64,000 bases of DNA from Octopus vulgaris. Its lineage: Eukaryota. Positions 1-14,789 of the stretch are shown piece by piece. The notes beneath the pieces were generated by a model. That model had not been told where the DNA came from, did not search any database, and saw nothing but the letters and a program-made list of their open reading frames with translations. A program made the translations under genes and the position numbers. Every line of letters starts with the position of its first letter. Within the stretch, counting starts at the first letter, position 1. Location: contig OX597814.1 of the NCBI GenBank assembly GCA_951406725.2, positions 38,936,001-39,000,000 on the forward strand, written 5' to 3'.

Positions 1-2562
1 ATGAAGGCAATACTTGAATGTTAGACACCTGTATTGTGTTGGAGTGGATAGTAAACATCATGTGGACTAGCATAAAACCTCAAGAAATCTGATGCATATG
101 TGTCGACACTGGAATAGTTGGTTGATGTCATCAAAGAATATGAAAAAAAAGATTGTGGAATTTTTTTTACCGTATTGAAAATTCTCATTGAATGAATTCC
201 TTTAGCTCTCACATCTATGAGGAAGCGACTGTCCACTACAGGCTGTCATAACTGTATACCTTAATCCTAACCGTTTTTGCACTATATGCACTAGGTTTCG
301 TTGCCTGGGTGGATAATTTAAACAAAGCACTAAAATCTGAATATTTTGTCTATAATATAGTAGAAAATGGTTGATGTTAATGTAGTTGCAATGAAGAAGT
401 TATAGAATCTATTACAAGTGTTTCTAATTCTAAAGTAGAAAATATTGATGCCTTTCCCATTCCAGTTACTTAGATGTAATTGTTTCTTAGCACGTATCGT
501 TAATTGTTTAGATTAATATCGATCGATTCCTAAATGGAGCGTTTAGGAAATGAAACAATAAAACTAAACAAATCATATATATAAAAATAAAAATACATCG
601 AAATAAAGTAAATAATTATAGTGTTATGAAAACACTTCTCTTCAACTTAATTTCCGGATAAATAGTCCGAAATTGCTTTCGTCCTTGGAATATCTAGCTC
701 ATCAAAATAACGATGGCCAATTACGTTTTTTAGTTCTTAGTCTTTAATTACATATCTTCCCATAAAATACAACGAATACAATCTAAACAAACCGAAAATT
801 CTAGTACTTTAACTATCATCCTATATTATTAATCAGATCCAACTATCAGTCAAACACTAACGAACACTCGCAAAGGGCTTATAGGAAAATGCTGGCAATC
901 AGACTATATACAATGGACATAAAATTTATTTTAATTAGTAAATTCTATTATACGAATGTTCATAAAAGCCAGTTATATAAAATACGTGTACGTAAGTGTG
1001 TCTCTGTGTGTGCAAATATGTGTGTGTATATGAACGCGTGTGTATAGATAGATAGATAGATAGATATACACAAAACACACAGCAATGGTATGCAGTTAGG
1101 GCATCCCTTTGTTACCATTTTAACCATCCAGGTACATTGGATCACAAGACTTTGTATCCCTCGCACCTAAAAGACTGAAATCGTTCTATGGTTTCCACCA
1201 TCACTAGACAAACAAAACGTTCTTAATTTTCGGTAATTAATCACAAACAAATTAGTAATTATTAAACTAGTCTCTTTTTTTCATATATTCTACTCTCGAT
1301 GAGAACCAATGTTTCGCGCTTCAAATTTCCTTGGTGTGTTGCTTATTTGGACAGGAACATTTTTCTGTTACTAACTATTTCTCCTACTGCTCTGTACTAT
1401 ATTCTTCAATATTTTTGTGTTTCAGTATTTTTAATATACATTTCTAGCTGCAGATAAAATGTCTCCTCCACTCGTGGATAAATAAAACTTTACGATAATA
1501 CTTTTAGGAGAAGGTTTGTTATGTATTAGGAACAGCAACAGTGTTAATCCATCTAGACCATACGTTTCACTGTATGCCTCCTTAAATACTGTAGCAATGT
1601 ATCTCAGTCGGGACATAGCCAAAATTTTGATGAAATTTATTAAATACTTTCCCCTTTTTGCCTTGCTTCAAGAGCTTGTTCGTGTTTTCTCTTATATATT
1701 TTGGAGATTTTAGCCCTTATTTCCTGTCCCCTTATTTTATCCTCGTGCAGCATTCCTAGGTACCCGTATGCTTCATTTACCTTCAGTGGTCTCATTAGGT
1801 CATTTTGTTAAATTTTTCCCATCATATCTATTTACGACTTATCGTCACAATGAATACGGTACATTTATTCAGCCCGAATAACTTACCTGTATAGAGACTT
1901 GTTAAATATGCTTCCATTTTGACCTAAAGGCTCGATAATTTCTTCATTCTTGGTGTGATGTTTGAAGGTATTAATATATACATATATATATAGATGATTT
2001 TATGAACTTTACACCGCGCATTATATGTTTTATCTGCATGTCATTAATAGTACCCCTATAAGATAGTCGAGATTTTCTCAATAAACTAGACAAAGAAATA
2101 GATGCAATTAAAGAAAAAAATAACGCATACAATGTGTCTCGCTGGAATATTCTTTGCGCGCATTATACATTTCCCACTGAGTCGATTCCGACTATATTTC
2201 ACCTGAACACGACAGGATCTCTTTTCTAAATGTGAAAATAGAATTATTACTTCTATTGACAGTGAAAAACCTCGAGCATTTTAAAAATTAATGGTGGGGC
2301 ATTTTCATTGTATACTTCCTTGTAATCGGATTTGCCAATAGTTTTTTTTTTGGTTCCATCTATGTTTGACCAAATGTCAAGTCTATCGAGGTACAATATG
2401 TCAGCAAATACATTTTGCTTTATTACTGGGATCATTTTGCTAATGTAGCAAAAATTTTGTAATTTCTCTGCTATGACTCCAGTAAGCAAATACCAAAGAA
2501 ATCGTAAACAGATAGCATGGATATAATTTGTTGCTTTTCTATTATTTTTATTACTATCGTCC

Positions 2563-2930
2563 AAGCAGAATCTTCAGATCATCAGAAAAAAATGCCTTGC
2601 AGCATTCCTTTCAGTTCTTTATTTTCTGAGTTCAAATACCTGCGAGAATAACATTCATCATTCCACCATAGCACTGGGGTTGACGCAATCGATTTATCCT
2701 CTACAACTCAAAATTGTAGGATTTTCTCCGCAGACAAAGTTCACCATACGGAGTAGGGAGCTGATGGAATCCATAAACCACCGGGAAAATTTGCTGTGTG
2801 ATTTATCTTGGATGGAATTCCGGGTTCAAATGCCATCGATATTTTTTCGGCATTTTAGACTTTCAGTGTCGATAAAATTATTGAGTTCAAGGCTTTCAAC
2901 AAACAGTCTTCTTAAAATTTGAGGTCATTG
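2563..2930 (+). mobile_element. Two adjacent degenerate copies of SINE family C (tRNA-derived)
   Basis: Motifs GCAGAATC..., TTCTGAGTTCAAAT (B-box like), ACTGGGGTTGACGCAATCGA and GTCGATAAA are shared with the copies at 48770-49192 and 59527-59730. Confidence 0.5.
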
Positions 2931-3183
2931 TACGTAAAGAAAAATAATAATTATTATTGTCGTTGCTTTAAATTTTTTTGATGTTGTGCCATTCATATAA
3001 CACAATTAATATAATCATACATTGGTAATACAATTACAAAGAAAATGGCATTGCGAAGAAACAGCTGAGTACATCACAATGCAATTCAAATATTTTGCTG
3101 AATTTTACGCCTTCGGTTTCATCAACAGTAGGAAAGTAGATGACAGAGTTTTCAGACGCAGATTATAATCGGTTCTTCCTTCT

Positions 3184-3390
<207 letters not shown>

Positions 3391-4016
3391 GAATCAGTGT
3401 GTGTTTGTGTGGTGTATACATAACTCATTCCTTCTTTTTTCTTATATGTATGAAAGGTTAATTGAAGCAGGTGACGCTTTTGTTATTGCACTGGTAGAAA
3501 TCCAAGCTTAACCTCATACGCTATTTTCAAGATGCCAATTATTCAGCCTTTCCCAACAATCTCAATGAGTTTGTTATTGCAAATTGTGAATGCTATTCAT
3601 AAATCACGCTATACCTTTGTTACAACTGTCAAAAAATAATGAAATAGACGCATGAGTGTCATTTGCTATCAAAACCTGGTTTCGTATATGTTGTACCGTT
3701 GAGACAATACGAAAGATGCCTCAGATTACTATTTTAATTTTTATTGCAAGGTGTGTCTACAAATGAGAGAAATCTCTATTGAAATGGGCAAAATGGTTTG
3801 TGATATCTATTTACTGCTTTTACGATCATAGTTGAAATACAATTGTTGTGTACTGTAGTGCGTGTTATGAGAAACTAAGTAACAAAAAAAAACTGTGGGA
3901 AGTATATCAATTCCCTACCAAATTGTTTGTGGAGTTTTTAAAATATTTAGAAACAATATATGTTTCAGAAAAATTATATAGAAGCACACACACACAAACA
4001 CGCAGGCACACATGTA

Positions 4017-4227
4017 TACGAAGGAGTGCTGATGGGTTATTGGCTTTAAGGGTATCCGTGCCCGGACGCACAAAATACTGCGCCTTATACAGGGCTTAGA
4101 AGAAGTGAATGACCGACGCATAAGTGTGTAAATCTAAGAAAGGATCGTATTGAATAGAATTGTAATTAACTGATCCCCTTGTATTTTTTCGACCCAAAAC
4201 CCGGAACTTTTACGCGCAATCAGCACA
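4017..4227 (+). mobile_element. Mariner-derived MITE / deletion derivative
   Basis: Left end TACGAAGGAGTGCTGA and right end GGAACTTTT...ATCAGCAC resemble the mariner TIRs elsewhere in the window (CTGAAAAGTTC). The interior resembles a decayed transposase C-terminus (KCVNLRKDRIE*, cf. KCV..GEYVE). Confidence 0.55.
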
Positions 4228-4264
4228 GTATGTATATACGTGTGTATGTATGTATGTATGGATT

Positions 4265-4325
<61 letters not shown>

Positions 4326-4922
4326 CACAAATACATACATGCACACTTATACATACCTATATACATTCAGATGTATGCATGTATCCATAATTTAGGAGCC
4401 ACAAATATTATAGTCTTCGATACAATAACACTCACCCACCAAACAAATAATAGAAGCCTGATATTATTGCGACTACTGGAATGCTAATTACAAGTATCAA
4501 TTTACTCATTCAGATGTGATGAGAGACTAAGAACGTACAGAAACATAAGTTGCTCAAATTCAAATGGTGCCAACGTAACAATTTCATAGTACACACACCT
4601 CCCGGTAAATTTGAAACTATTTCAGATCAATCAATCAAATCATATATTTATCATGTTTTACCTGTGCTAATTTAGTAGTGGTAGTAGTAGCAGCAGCAGC
4701 AGCAGCATTAGTAGTAGTAAAGTTATGCTCAACCAGGTTTATACCAGCCTCGGGAGTAAATGAAATATGAAATTGGTTTCAGATTACGAAGTGAGAACTC
4801 GAAATTGGGACAGCTACTTGAAATTGTAAATGTATGATGTCGACTTTACAATTTATAGCACTAAACAGGTTACATTGAATTTCAAGAGAAAATATTTTTT
4901 AAACAAATGTCTTTAATATATG

Positions 4923-5345
4923 GGCGCAGGTGTGGATGTGTTATAAGAATGTTGCCCTGCAATTACACAGGTCTGGGCGTAGTCCCTCTGCCTGTCAACT
5001 TGGGCAAATGTCTTCTACTCTACTCTCGGGCGACAAAAGAATTCTGAGAAGATTTGGTAGGATGAAAGAGAAAGAAGCCTATGGTGTGTATGTGTGTGTG
5101 CGTGCGTATGTGTGTGCATGCGCCAGTGCGTGCACTGTGTCTGTGATTATCCTTCCACTGCCGTTTCACAGTGGGTGTTAGTGTGCTCATGTCCCCGTAA
5201 CATAGTGGTTCGGCAAAGAGGAAATATAGAATAATTACCAAGCTTTAAAAAGAAGTAATGAGGTTGATTCGTTCGACTAAAACATTCTTCATGGCGGCAC
5301 CCCAGCACGGCCGCAGCCGAATGATTGAATCAAATAAAAGAAATA
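4923..5345 (+). mobile_element. SINE family A (tRNA-derived, OK/OR-like), degenerate full-length copy
   Basis: Head GGCGCAGGTGTGGATGTG, then CTTGGGCAAATGTCTTCTAC, internal (TG)n, GTCCCCGTAAC..GGTTCGGCAAAGAG and tail GGCGGCACCCCAGCACGGCCGCAG. Colinear with 24949-25349. Confidence 0.85.
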
Positions 5346-6006
5346 GAAAAGAATAGACATAAAAGAACCTTCTAGATAAATATCGAATATTTTCAGACCA
5401 AACATAGAGTGAAGCTGTAAGAATGTAAAAGAAAATGAAGACTGTTTGAATTAAATCTACGTTCTATGTAATATAATTTGAGAGGCAAATGAAAAGTATA
5501 TGGGCACATAGAAGATAAAGAAGTTATTGTTGATTTCATGGCAGATTTTGTGAATTTAAGAAATGTTTTCAATTTGCCGATGTTTACATGTATGTATGTT
5601 CATTCATGTACATAAACATGCTTATGATAGGAGTGTTTGTGTGAGTGTGTCTGTGTGTGTGTGTTTGAGCACGTGTGTGTGTATGTGTATATGGGCATTT
5701 GTGTATGAACGCGAGCACGCGTGAGTGTGCGTCTGTACGTGCACTTTTGTGCTTGTGGGTCTAAGCGTGTGAGTTTGCGCTTGTCCGTGCGTATTATCCT
5801 TCACATGTGCGCAAATGTGCGCGCGTGTGAGCTTGTGGTTGTCCGCTTACGTGTTTGTACTGGTCAAAAATAACTTTGATAATTTTATGTTTGTCGAAAA
5901 TAATTCTGATAAATTAAATTCGTTGTTCTGTGATAATTTTAGAAATTTCTGAGGGTAATTAACAAGTTATGCTCACGCATGCAAGCGCTGATATGTATGT
6001 ATGTAA

Positions 6007-6044
6007 AGGCGTAGGTGTGGCTGTGTGGTAAGTAGCTCCCTTAC
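6007..6044 (+). mobile_element. SINE family A 5' head, interrupted by an ORF1-only element
   Basis: AGGCGTAGGTGTGGCTGTGTGGTAAGTAGCTCCCTTAC matches the SINE head and stops abruptly. A probable 3' remnant lies at about 7720-7851 (GTTTACGTCC..., GAAACAAGTAA). Confidence 0.75.
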
Positions 6045-7370
6045 TTCACTACTGAAGAGTTCGCCTTTTTATACGCTCTGAAGTCACAGCGTTCTGCGTT
6101 GTGAATAATTGAAAAATTGAAGCACGACTACAGGTAAGGCGTTTGTCTTTCTGCGGAGCTTAGTGGACTCCATCGTTTTGTAATTAAACAAGTTTCACGA
6201 GCAAGGGTCTCCACTTGGTTCCAAATATTTGTTTGCCTATGGTCGTGCAAAAATACTCACTTTGTAGTGAGAATTGTGTTTTATGAGTATGTGTATCCAA
6301 AAAATTCTGAAAATTTTGACTCTCTTTTTGCTCTTCACAAGGAGGATTTACCATTCAGGCAAGTAGTAAGAGTTTAATGAAAATTGGAATTTATGTGCTG
6401 CGACGGAGTACTACGAATTGTGGATTACCTGAGTAACTGAACTGTGTTGCCAGTTGAACTGTCTTCCTTCCTTTTTTTTTTGATCTGTCTTTCTCGTCTT
6501 TCTTTTTGTTTTTTCATTGAATTTTATTTGGACATTTTTGGACTTTCTGTAGTTGGAACATTTTATTTTTATTTGATTTTTTAAAATTGGCAACAAAAAA
6601 TACCGCTTTAGAGTGGCGAATTGTGGACCCCAGAGAATGGCTTAAAAATTATACTGAGAGAGCGGTGGTGTTAAGGACCTACTCTTGGGTCCTTGAAACC
6701 ATCGCTGTGTTCTCTCAGTCTGAGACTGAGGAAGAGTTGGCAGAGTAGCTGCCAACTTTTAGATTTATCCGTAGGGGAGCAAGGTATGCAACTCTGTGTG
6801 TGATTTTTGACACCCCTAAGGAGGCACAATAATTTATGTGTCAACCAGTGGAAGGAAATAATATTTGTTTCGCCCTACATACGGTAGGCGAACATTAACG
6901 AGAGCTTGGGTTTATGGGCTGTCACCCGGAACTGAGCACGAGTAGATAGAGGAGACTATCTGCCGGGGTTTGGGTGGCATTAACACCAGGCTGTTAGATG
7001 TAAAGATTATGCCTGCGGCTGACTAGGTGATGTCAAAAGCTACCTTGACACTGTGGACCCAGTCAGCGGAAGATATGGTATTACCAGATTTTTTGAAACT
7101 GGCCGGTTCCAGACACCCGGTGATACTTGAAGGGACGCTCCCTACAAGTGTCACTAGTGCCTGGAAGCAGACCACATAAAGAGGAACTGCTCTAGGAACC
7201 AGGCAAGGGTACTGGAGTAGTTAATAGATCTCCCTGTTCCCCCAAGTGTGGCTCCTGATTCTCTAACGGTGGGAGAGGAAGCGAAAGTTGAGGAGGAGGT
7301 AAATCTTTCCAAAGGGAAAAATGAAAAAAGGTGGGCAAGATTGAGAGAGAGGGAGATAAAAGGAAAATAT
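6045..7370 (+). mobile_element. ORF1-only (gag-like, CCHC knuckle) non-LTR element, copy 1, decayed and 3'-truncated
   Basis: From about 6586 it translates to EWRIVDPREWLKNYTERAVVLRTYSW..ETIA..EEELAE, homologous to the ORF at 26335. Knuckle CH*CLEADHIKRNC at 7149-7190. Stops and frameshifts are present. Confidence 0.8.
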
Positions 7371-7439
7371 CCTACCTATTTGAATACTTTATGAAATATT
7401 TCGAAAAAATAAAAAAAATCATTTCATTTAATTTTTCTT

Positions 7440-7562
7440 CAATTCAGTTGTTTTTCTTGCTTTACTCTAGTTGGAAATGTCGAAAAGTCTGAAACCGGTA
7501 TTAAAATATATTATTCATGTTAAAATAACGTTAGCATTTTCTAATTTGTCTTATTTTCCTTG
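7440..7562 (+). mobile_element. Probable PLE terminal fragment with degenerate hammerhead-like motif
   Basis: TTGGAAA..GAAACCGGTA followed by an AT-rich tail, resembling the HHR at 36107-36146. Confidence 0.35.
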
Positions 7563-8246
7563 TACATATCAAGTCATGTGTTACAATTGAATCTTCTACA
7601 CGCACACACATACATGCCTGATTTTCTAAGCTTTAAGTCTTACATCCATATTTATATTCATTCCTATACATGCGGGCATGAGAGCGTATGTTTGCATGTG
7701 TGTGTGTTCGTGCGTGTGTGCGCTTCTGTGATACCACATGAAAGCCGGCGTCAGTTTGTTTACGTCCTTGTGACTTTGCTTGCTAATCGATATGTTCACC
7801 AACACCACTCAAAGCATTGCCTTTGTGAAGTTCGATGAATGAAACAAGTAATATATATATATATATATATTTATTATGTTAGTTTATCTCTGCCGTTCGG
7901 CTATAATGTTTGGTGTGTTAGATCAACGGAATTATTTAACGCCGATTTAGCGTCGAAACCCATTCGGATGATTTATGTTCTCTTAACGGAATTCACTGGC
8001 ACTAATATCTTAGTGTGAAACAATGCTGTACATTTTGAATTACAATCCGATACAAACAGCATGCTGGTGTCTATGAAGTTTATATCTCCAAATTACATAC
8101 CAGCGGTACTGTGGTTTTGAAGCTAACTTTTTAAACTTTAAGCGACATACACATGAATACCTACAAACAAATATACTTATTTACATACATGCATACATAC
8201 ATACACACGCATTTACGTGTGTATCTAAGTCTGTATGTATTTATGA

Positions 8247-8299
<53 letters not shown>

Positions 8300-8931
8300 C
8301 GTGTGTGTGTGTGTGCGTGCGTATGCAATTATAGGAATGCATGTATGTACGTACATATGTACGTATATGTTTATGTATGCATGTATCCGTTCGTGTATAG
8401 CGAAAGGGAAGGAAGGATGGATGGTTGTTCTCATGGGTGAATTGAGTAATGAATGTAAGTCTTTATAATCGTGCATTTGTATGCTTCTACGTGATTTTTT
8501 TTTTGCTTGTGAATGAGCACGTTTGTATCATTATTTATATGTTTGAAGCTGCATAAGAACACATATGAGCGTTGTAGAGCAGCTTACTGAATTTGTCTTG
8601 GTTTTCTTTTCTTTCCATTGTCTTTTTGTCTGAGATTGAATTCCGCCATGTGTTTAAATGAATCCTATTTTTTAATTTTGTGTCCTTTATAAAAATATTC
8701 CACTTTCAGAAATATGTCTAAAAATATTTCACTTGTGCTTTCACAAAAATAAATGAAGGAATTCATATAAATTAAACATAAATTATAGCACAAATAGATG
8801 CATATCAATTAAGTTTCATATTCTTTTTTTTTTTTTTCCAAGGATATAAATTTTGATAGGAGTACCTTATTTTACATATATATGAGCATTGACAGAAATG
8901 TTAATAGCCGATCTTAGAAAATACGGTATTG

Positions 8932-8999
<68 letters not shown>

Positions 9000-9100
9000 G
9001 TATATATATATATGTATATATATGTGTATATATATATGTATATATATATATGTATATATATATGTATATATATATATATATATGTATATATATACATATA

Positions 9101-9164
<64 letters not shown>

Positions 9165-9273
9165 GTATATATATATATGTATATATATTTATATATATAT
9201 ATTGATATATATATATATATTGATATATATTTATATGTGTATATATATTTATATACATATATTGATATATATA

Positions 9274-9308
<35 letters not shown>

Positions 9309-9352
9309 CTATATATATTATATATATATATATATATATATGTGTGTATATA

Positions 9353-9393
<41 letters not shown>

Positions 9394-9398
9394 ATATA

Positions 9399-9483
<85 letters not shown>
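8932..9483. repeat. Long imperfect (TA)n microsatellite (~550 bp)
   Basis: Directly visible; it is the source of the YI-repeat ORFs. Confidence 0.97.
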
Positions 9484-9485
<2 letters not shown>

Positions 9486-9641
9486 GATGGGCGTCTCTCA
9501 GTTTCCGTCTACCAAATCCACTCACAAGGCTTTGTTCGGACCGAGGCTATAGTAGAAGACACTTGCCCAAGATGCCAAGCAGTGGGACTGAACGCGGAAC
9601 CATATGGTTGGTAAGCAAGCTACTTACCACACAGCCCTCCT
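9484..9641 (-). mobile_element. SINE family A, 5' half
   Basis: Reverse complement reads GGAGGGCTGTGTGGTAAGTAGCTTGCTTACCAACCATATGGTTCCGCGTTCAGTCCCACTG...GAGTGGATTTGGTAGACGGAAACTGA. Confidence 0.9.
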
Positions 9642-9737
<96 letters not shown>

Positions 9738-11099
9738 ATATACTTATGTTGAATATATAGAGATAAAGTAACCAGGTGAGTAAATTACGAGCACTTAGTT
9801 ATGATCTACGTTATGGCTAAACGCTCTAAGAAATAATGAATACCTTGGATTACGTAAGATAAGCAACTCCAATGTGTTTCGTCCGATGTGTAAATCCTGG
9901 GCTAGCGGTTCATAGATTATTTTACTGGGCGTACATCCAAATCAATTGCAATGGATATGGATATTATTACAACTGCATAATGTTTTTTCGACTGTCATTT
10001 ATGCAGTATAATTTCTTTAAATGATTCAGACGCTTGTTTCAGCTGCTTAGACATTGGGCATTTACATCCAGTAACTTTCGACTGGTATTAGCTGATGCAA
10101 CCTCACTCAAAGTCCATCCACTGACGTGGTGTAAAGTGAACTATGTGCATATATTTTAGCTAACATAAGTTTTTGAACGCAAATATCTGAGACGATGATT
10201 TGGAAATCTGATAGCCATATTGTACAAAAATATATCCTGAAATGTCATAAATTAAATGAAGTGAAATAGTGAAATTAAAATCGAAACTCTTTGCTGATGA
10301 TTATATTAATAACATACGTTGCTACGTCATTACATAAATTCTCTTATTTACATTTAAGGAAGAGTTTTTGAATTGTGCACCGTCACGTACCATTGCCCTA
10401 TCTAAGATAAACCATTTTATTTGAAATTTACTTTTGGAATATATGAATTATTAATTTTCATATTCAATCTAAGACATTCTAAATTATACATAATGATATT
10501 GTATTTATGATAGTAAAATTATTTGAGTTTCATTCTTTTGATATGCTTTTATATTATGAGTGCAATTTCTCTGATTTAGAGTTATTCTCTAATATCCTTA
10601 ATTCATTTTAATTTATCTTTATTTCATTTTCCATTCACGACGGACACATATTATTATTGTGATATTAATCTATATTTCAGAGTCATGGACATGAAAAGTC
10701 ATATTTCCAATTCCTCCTAGTGATAATTGTCTTTGTCACACTCAAGATAAATAACTCATAGAAAAATCCCAAATCTCCTCTCTTGTAATATGTTAGTTCA
10801 TTCCACCTTATTTAATATGCCCAAACGAGTAACCGCCATAAGATTATTAATACTTTGAATTAAACGGTTATTAATTTTCAATTTAATTGATGGAAATAAC
10901 ACCAAAGTATCTTTAACATAATTATTTGAGACAAAAATATGCATTTTAACTATATTCTAGTCACAAGTTCATACAATATCTTTTGTTCTGTTGCTTTCTA
11001 CATTGTTGCACTGAGAAACTTTAAAATATTTATATTCCTACATATGCATATGCATACATACATACGTATATGTACACACACACACAGACACACACATAC

Positions 11100-11335
11100 A
11101 CATCTCCCACCACCACTTCTAACTTCATTGTCCGAATCCCTCGCACCACCACAATTTACTTCCTCCCCCAAATACACAAACATGACAACCCTGGTCACCC
11201 TTTCGTCTCCGCCAGTAACTGCCCCACCGTTACAGATATCTTGACGGCTCCTTGCTTCCCTAGTGGCTTCCCTCCCTCTCACATCCATGACACCAACCAT
11301 GCGCTACATTTGTTCAAATCCTTCTTCCTTCCTGG
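11100..11335 (+). mobile_element. Penelope-like element RT N-terminal fragment (Neptune-like)
   Basis: ORF 11070 reads PRTTTIYFLPQIHKHDNPGHPFVSASNCPT..SHIHDTNHAL, matching the PLE motif FYxLPKIHK..PGRPIVS..CPT..SYIKDT. Confidence 0.8.
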
Positions 11336-11603
11336 CTGTGTCTTTTTTGAAAAAATCGCAGTTACAACTGTGATGTTTTTGATAATACATGTTCTTTGTC
11401 TTTCTACATACTCTATTGGGGATTTTGGATAACAACAAAATTATACAAATGAGTCCTTCGAATTTAACAAAATTATATATCGTTATACAGCTGAAGATTG
11501 TTCTATATTTTAAATTGATGTAATGTTTGCATTGTTCAATTAAATGGTGTCGCATGAAACGATCGTATTGCATTACCTCTGGATATCCTTGTTGCTTATT
11601 TTG

Positions 11604-11659
<56 letters not shown>

Positions 11660-12212
11660 AGAAATTTGTCACAGTTATTACACTAAGAAATCGTGAATAT
11701 ATGATATAACACCAAATGAATCACAAATTTTGACTTAAACGCTAAAAAATATTATGAAATATGTAAATCATTTTTGTATCAAACAAATACCAATTAATAG
11801 TTTTAAACACACGTTTAAAGAACGCTTTTTGACACTCATCTTCAATAATACATTTAGAACACATAGTAATCTTTCCACTAATTATATATGTATGTCTGTG
11901 TGTTAAATAACATGACACAACAAAAACAAATGTATGTGGAATTTATAGGGCATTTATAAAAAGAAAGTTAGTATTACAGCAGTTTCCGCGATATCAGGCC
12001 TATTCCTTGTTCATAGACGGTATGACATTGTTAACTTGAGAGAAATAATAAAGATCAATATAAGGAGTCATTTTGGAAAAGAGTGGATATAGGAAGTATA
12101 AAGGTAAAGAAAGGAATAAACACGAAAATAAAAATAATAAACATTATTATCGAAACAAGAGCCTAAATACGAACCGCCCGTATCATTTATATACACTTAA
12201 CTGCCATTTTAA

Positions 12213-12257
<45 letters not shown>

Positions 12258-12564
12258 TGTGTGGGGGCGTGCGTGTGTTTGTATGCGTATATATTTGTAT
12301 ATTTTATGTATTTCAGTTATGTGAAAGCGGCAATACTGGGGTACAAGCATAGATACTTTATTTCGAAAGATTCCACCCGATTGCTCTATAGGGTATTGGC
12401 CAGGTACCTATAGGGTCTATAGGCTGTAGGCCAGGTACCTACTTTAGTGATCTGATTTGCTGTGCTGCTAAGTTGTGGGGACGCAAACACACCAGCAACA
12501 CATTTCGAGCGGTGGTCTTGATAAAACATACACAGAAAGATACAAACACACACACGCACATGCA

Positions 12565-12624
<60 letters not shown>

Positions 12625-13342
12625 TATATTGCTGAATGTACAGAGTATAACGTTACGAACTACTAATAATTTCATACATTGGAGGTGTTTTACTACACAG
12701 CTGTTCTTAAAAACTCGCAGCGTATGAATCTTTTGGTAGTTCGTAATTACATTGTTCATATTAAACTATGTTTGCGTGTATTTGTGTGTGTTTGTGTGTG
12801 TTTGTTCGCGTGTGCGTTCGTGTGTGTGTTCGATTGTGTACATTCGTGAATGTGCTTGTGTATGTGTGTGTCTGTGCGTTTGCTTGAATCCCCTTACTAG
12901 TTCAGTAAAACAGACGGCCAGGATAAGCACCAGGCTTATAGAAAAAATTATATACAGGTGTAGATTCTTTCGACTAAAATTTTTTATGGTGGTGTAACAG
13001 CACCAGTACTTTTTGAGGATCTAGAACCTCATCCTGCAAGATGTATCAAATTCCTACTTGATAAAAGCGCTCTATCTGAGATTGTCAAGCGCCACGCCTA
13101 AGTCGCTGATATTATCAGGGGATGTATATAGAATAATTCTCCGATGAAATACCTTTGGATCAATTTCTGTAAATATATAATGTGTCGGAACTCGTAGCAT
13201 ACATAATGTCTACATTTATTATATAACTCACTTCCCTGTTTTAAACTTACGTCTTGTTTGACAGAACATGGTATGTATGCATCAGTATTTAAATATGCAT
13301 ATTTATATATGTAGATATGTGTACTCATGTTGTACATCTATG

Positions 13343-13413
<71 letters not shown>

Positions 13414-14789
13414 GAGTGTGTATACATGTGTATACATAAATATATGCACATATATAAGTATATATATATATATATACACAAATATAAATACAACTAAAAT
13501 GTATATGTGCATAATTTATCCTTAAATATATTATTTACGATTACTTTTCGTATTTTTTTCAGTGTTCAAAGAAGATATTAGAAATAATATTTCTATGAAG
13601 GAGCTCATTTTCATCGGAACCGTAAGTTATATATTTCATTGTAATCACAGAATAAGAGGACAAAATATGCATTTACTTCACGTAACAGCAAGGTCACTCA
13701 TTAAATATCGTAAATTCAAACTCATTTATTTAGAATTTAATTATATTGCTTCCAGAACATTAATTATTTCCTCATAATCGACATGTATAACATTATTAAA
13801 AGTCTCCGACTGAAGGATGGCGCTCAAAATAATATTTAAATATATTTCCTCTAATTATTATAGAGTGTTTTTCATGAAAATATATCATAATCATATTAAC
13901 GTAAAAATAGCCTATTTTTCATGCTATGAGAAAGCAAATCCTTTATCTGAGAATTAAACATCATATCATCAACGAAGCTCTTATTCTATGACATACTCTT
14001 AGTTTCTGTTTATCTTTCTGAATAATAAAATTTCATTCATAAATATATTTCTCAAGTTAAAGCAATTTCCGAAATACTCGTTTATCTCTCAACGATAAAA
14101 TCAAATTAACCTGAAACTATATTCGTTTCCTTTTGCCATATAAAATTATATGGCAAAATTTAAGGAGAGAGGCCAATATAAATACGTATTGTTTTTAATC
14201 ACTTGAGGGGCACCAAGATTAAATGATCGATATTTAGTTTGACTTAAGAATACAAAAGAACGTTGTGTATTAGAGAATATGAGGTGAACCTACGGCAACG
14301 GACTATAAACCAGAGCATGCGTTCACATCTAAAATGCTGTTATATAACTTATGTTAATTACATCCCCTTTATTTTAAGCATGTTATAGTTCAAAATATAT
14401 ATGAATAATCAAAACGGGGTAATTTTGTTTCCATCTTCACTTGTACACAGGGTCCTTCTCCATGTTTTTCAAAACATTGAGTAAAATCTTCCTTGTTTCA
14501 GTCTGGATTGCACTGAATAAGACTTGTGATGCAAAGCTGGCTTAGAACTATCAGATAAGTTAATGATATACTTGAAAGTAAATTCTATGTATGCAACAGG
14601 CACTAATATTCCATAGCACACGAATATAAGTGCACGGTGAACAAGAAATTTCATTCTGGGTTATAAAAGCTGCTTTTATTTTAAAATGTCCACATGTGGC
14701 ACCATTTGGAAAGTTTTTCGATACAACATGAATTTTTTAACGCGTGTCCAACTGCAATAGTTATTATAATTAATTTTTAGCATGACTGC

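Noticed and set aside
1-260. Possible Tc1 transposase C-terminus and TIR at the window start
   Set aside because: Only a vague W...LVDVIK resemblance across frameshifts; the partner end is outside the window.
1431-1713. Protein-like short ORFs on both strands
   Set aside because: No recognisable motif or convincing splice boundaries.
8867-9760. Long YI/IY-repeat ORFs (also at 3140, 53148, 54877, 57377, 60433 and others)
   Set aside because: Translations of (TA)n/(CA)n microsatellites, which lack stop codons; not genes.
7945-9925. Additional GAAAC hairpin motifs at about 7950 (+) and 9880 (-)
   Set aside because: No intact CUGANGA box or stem I.
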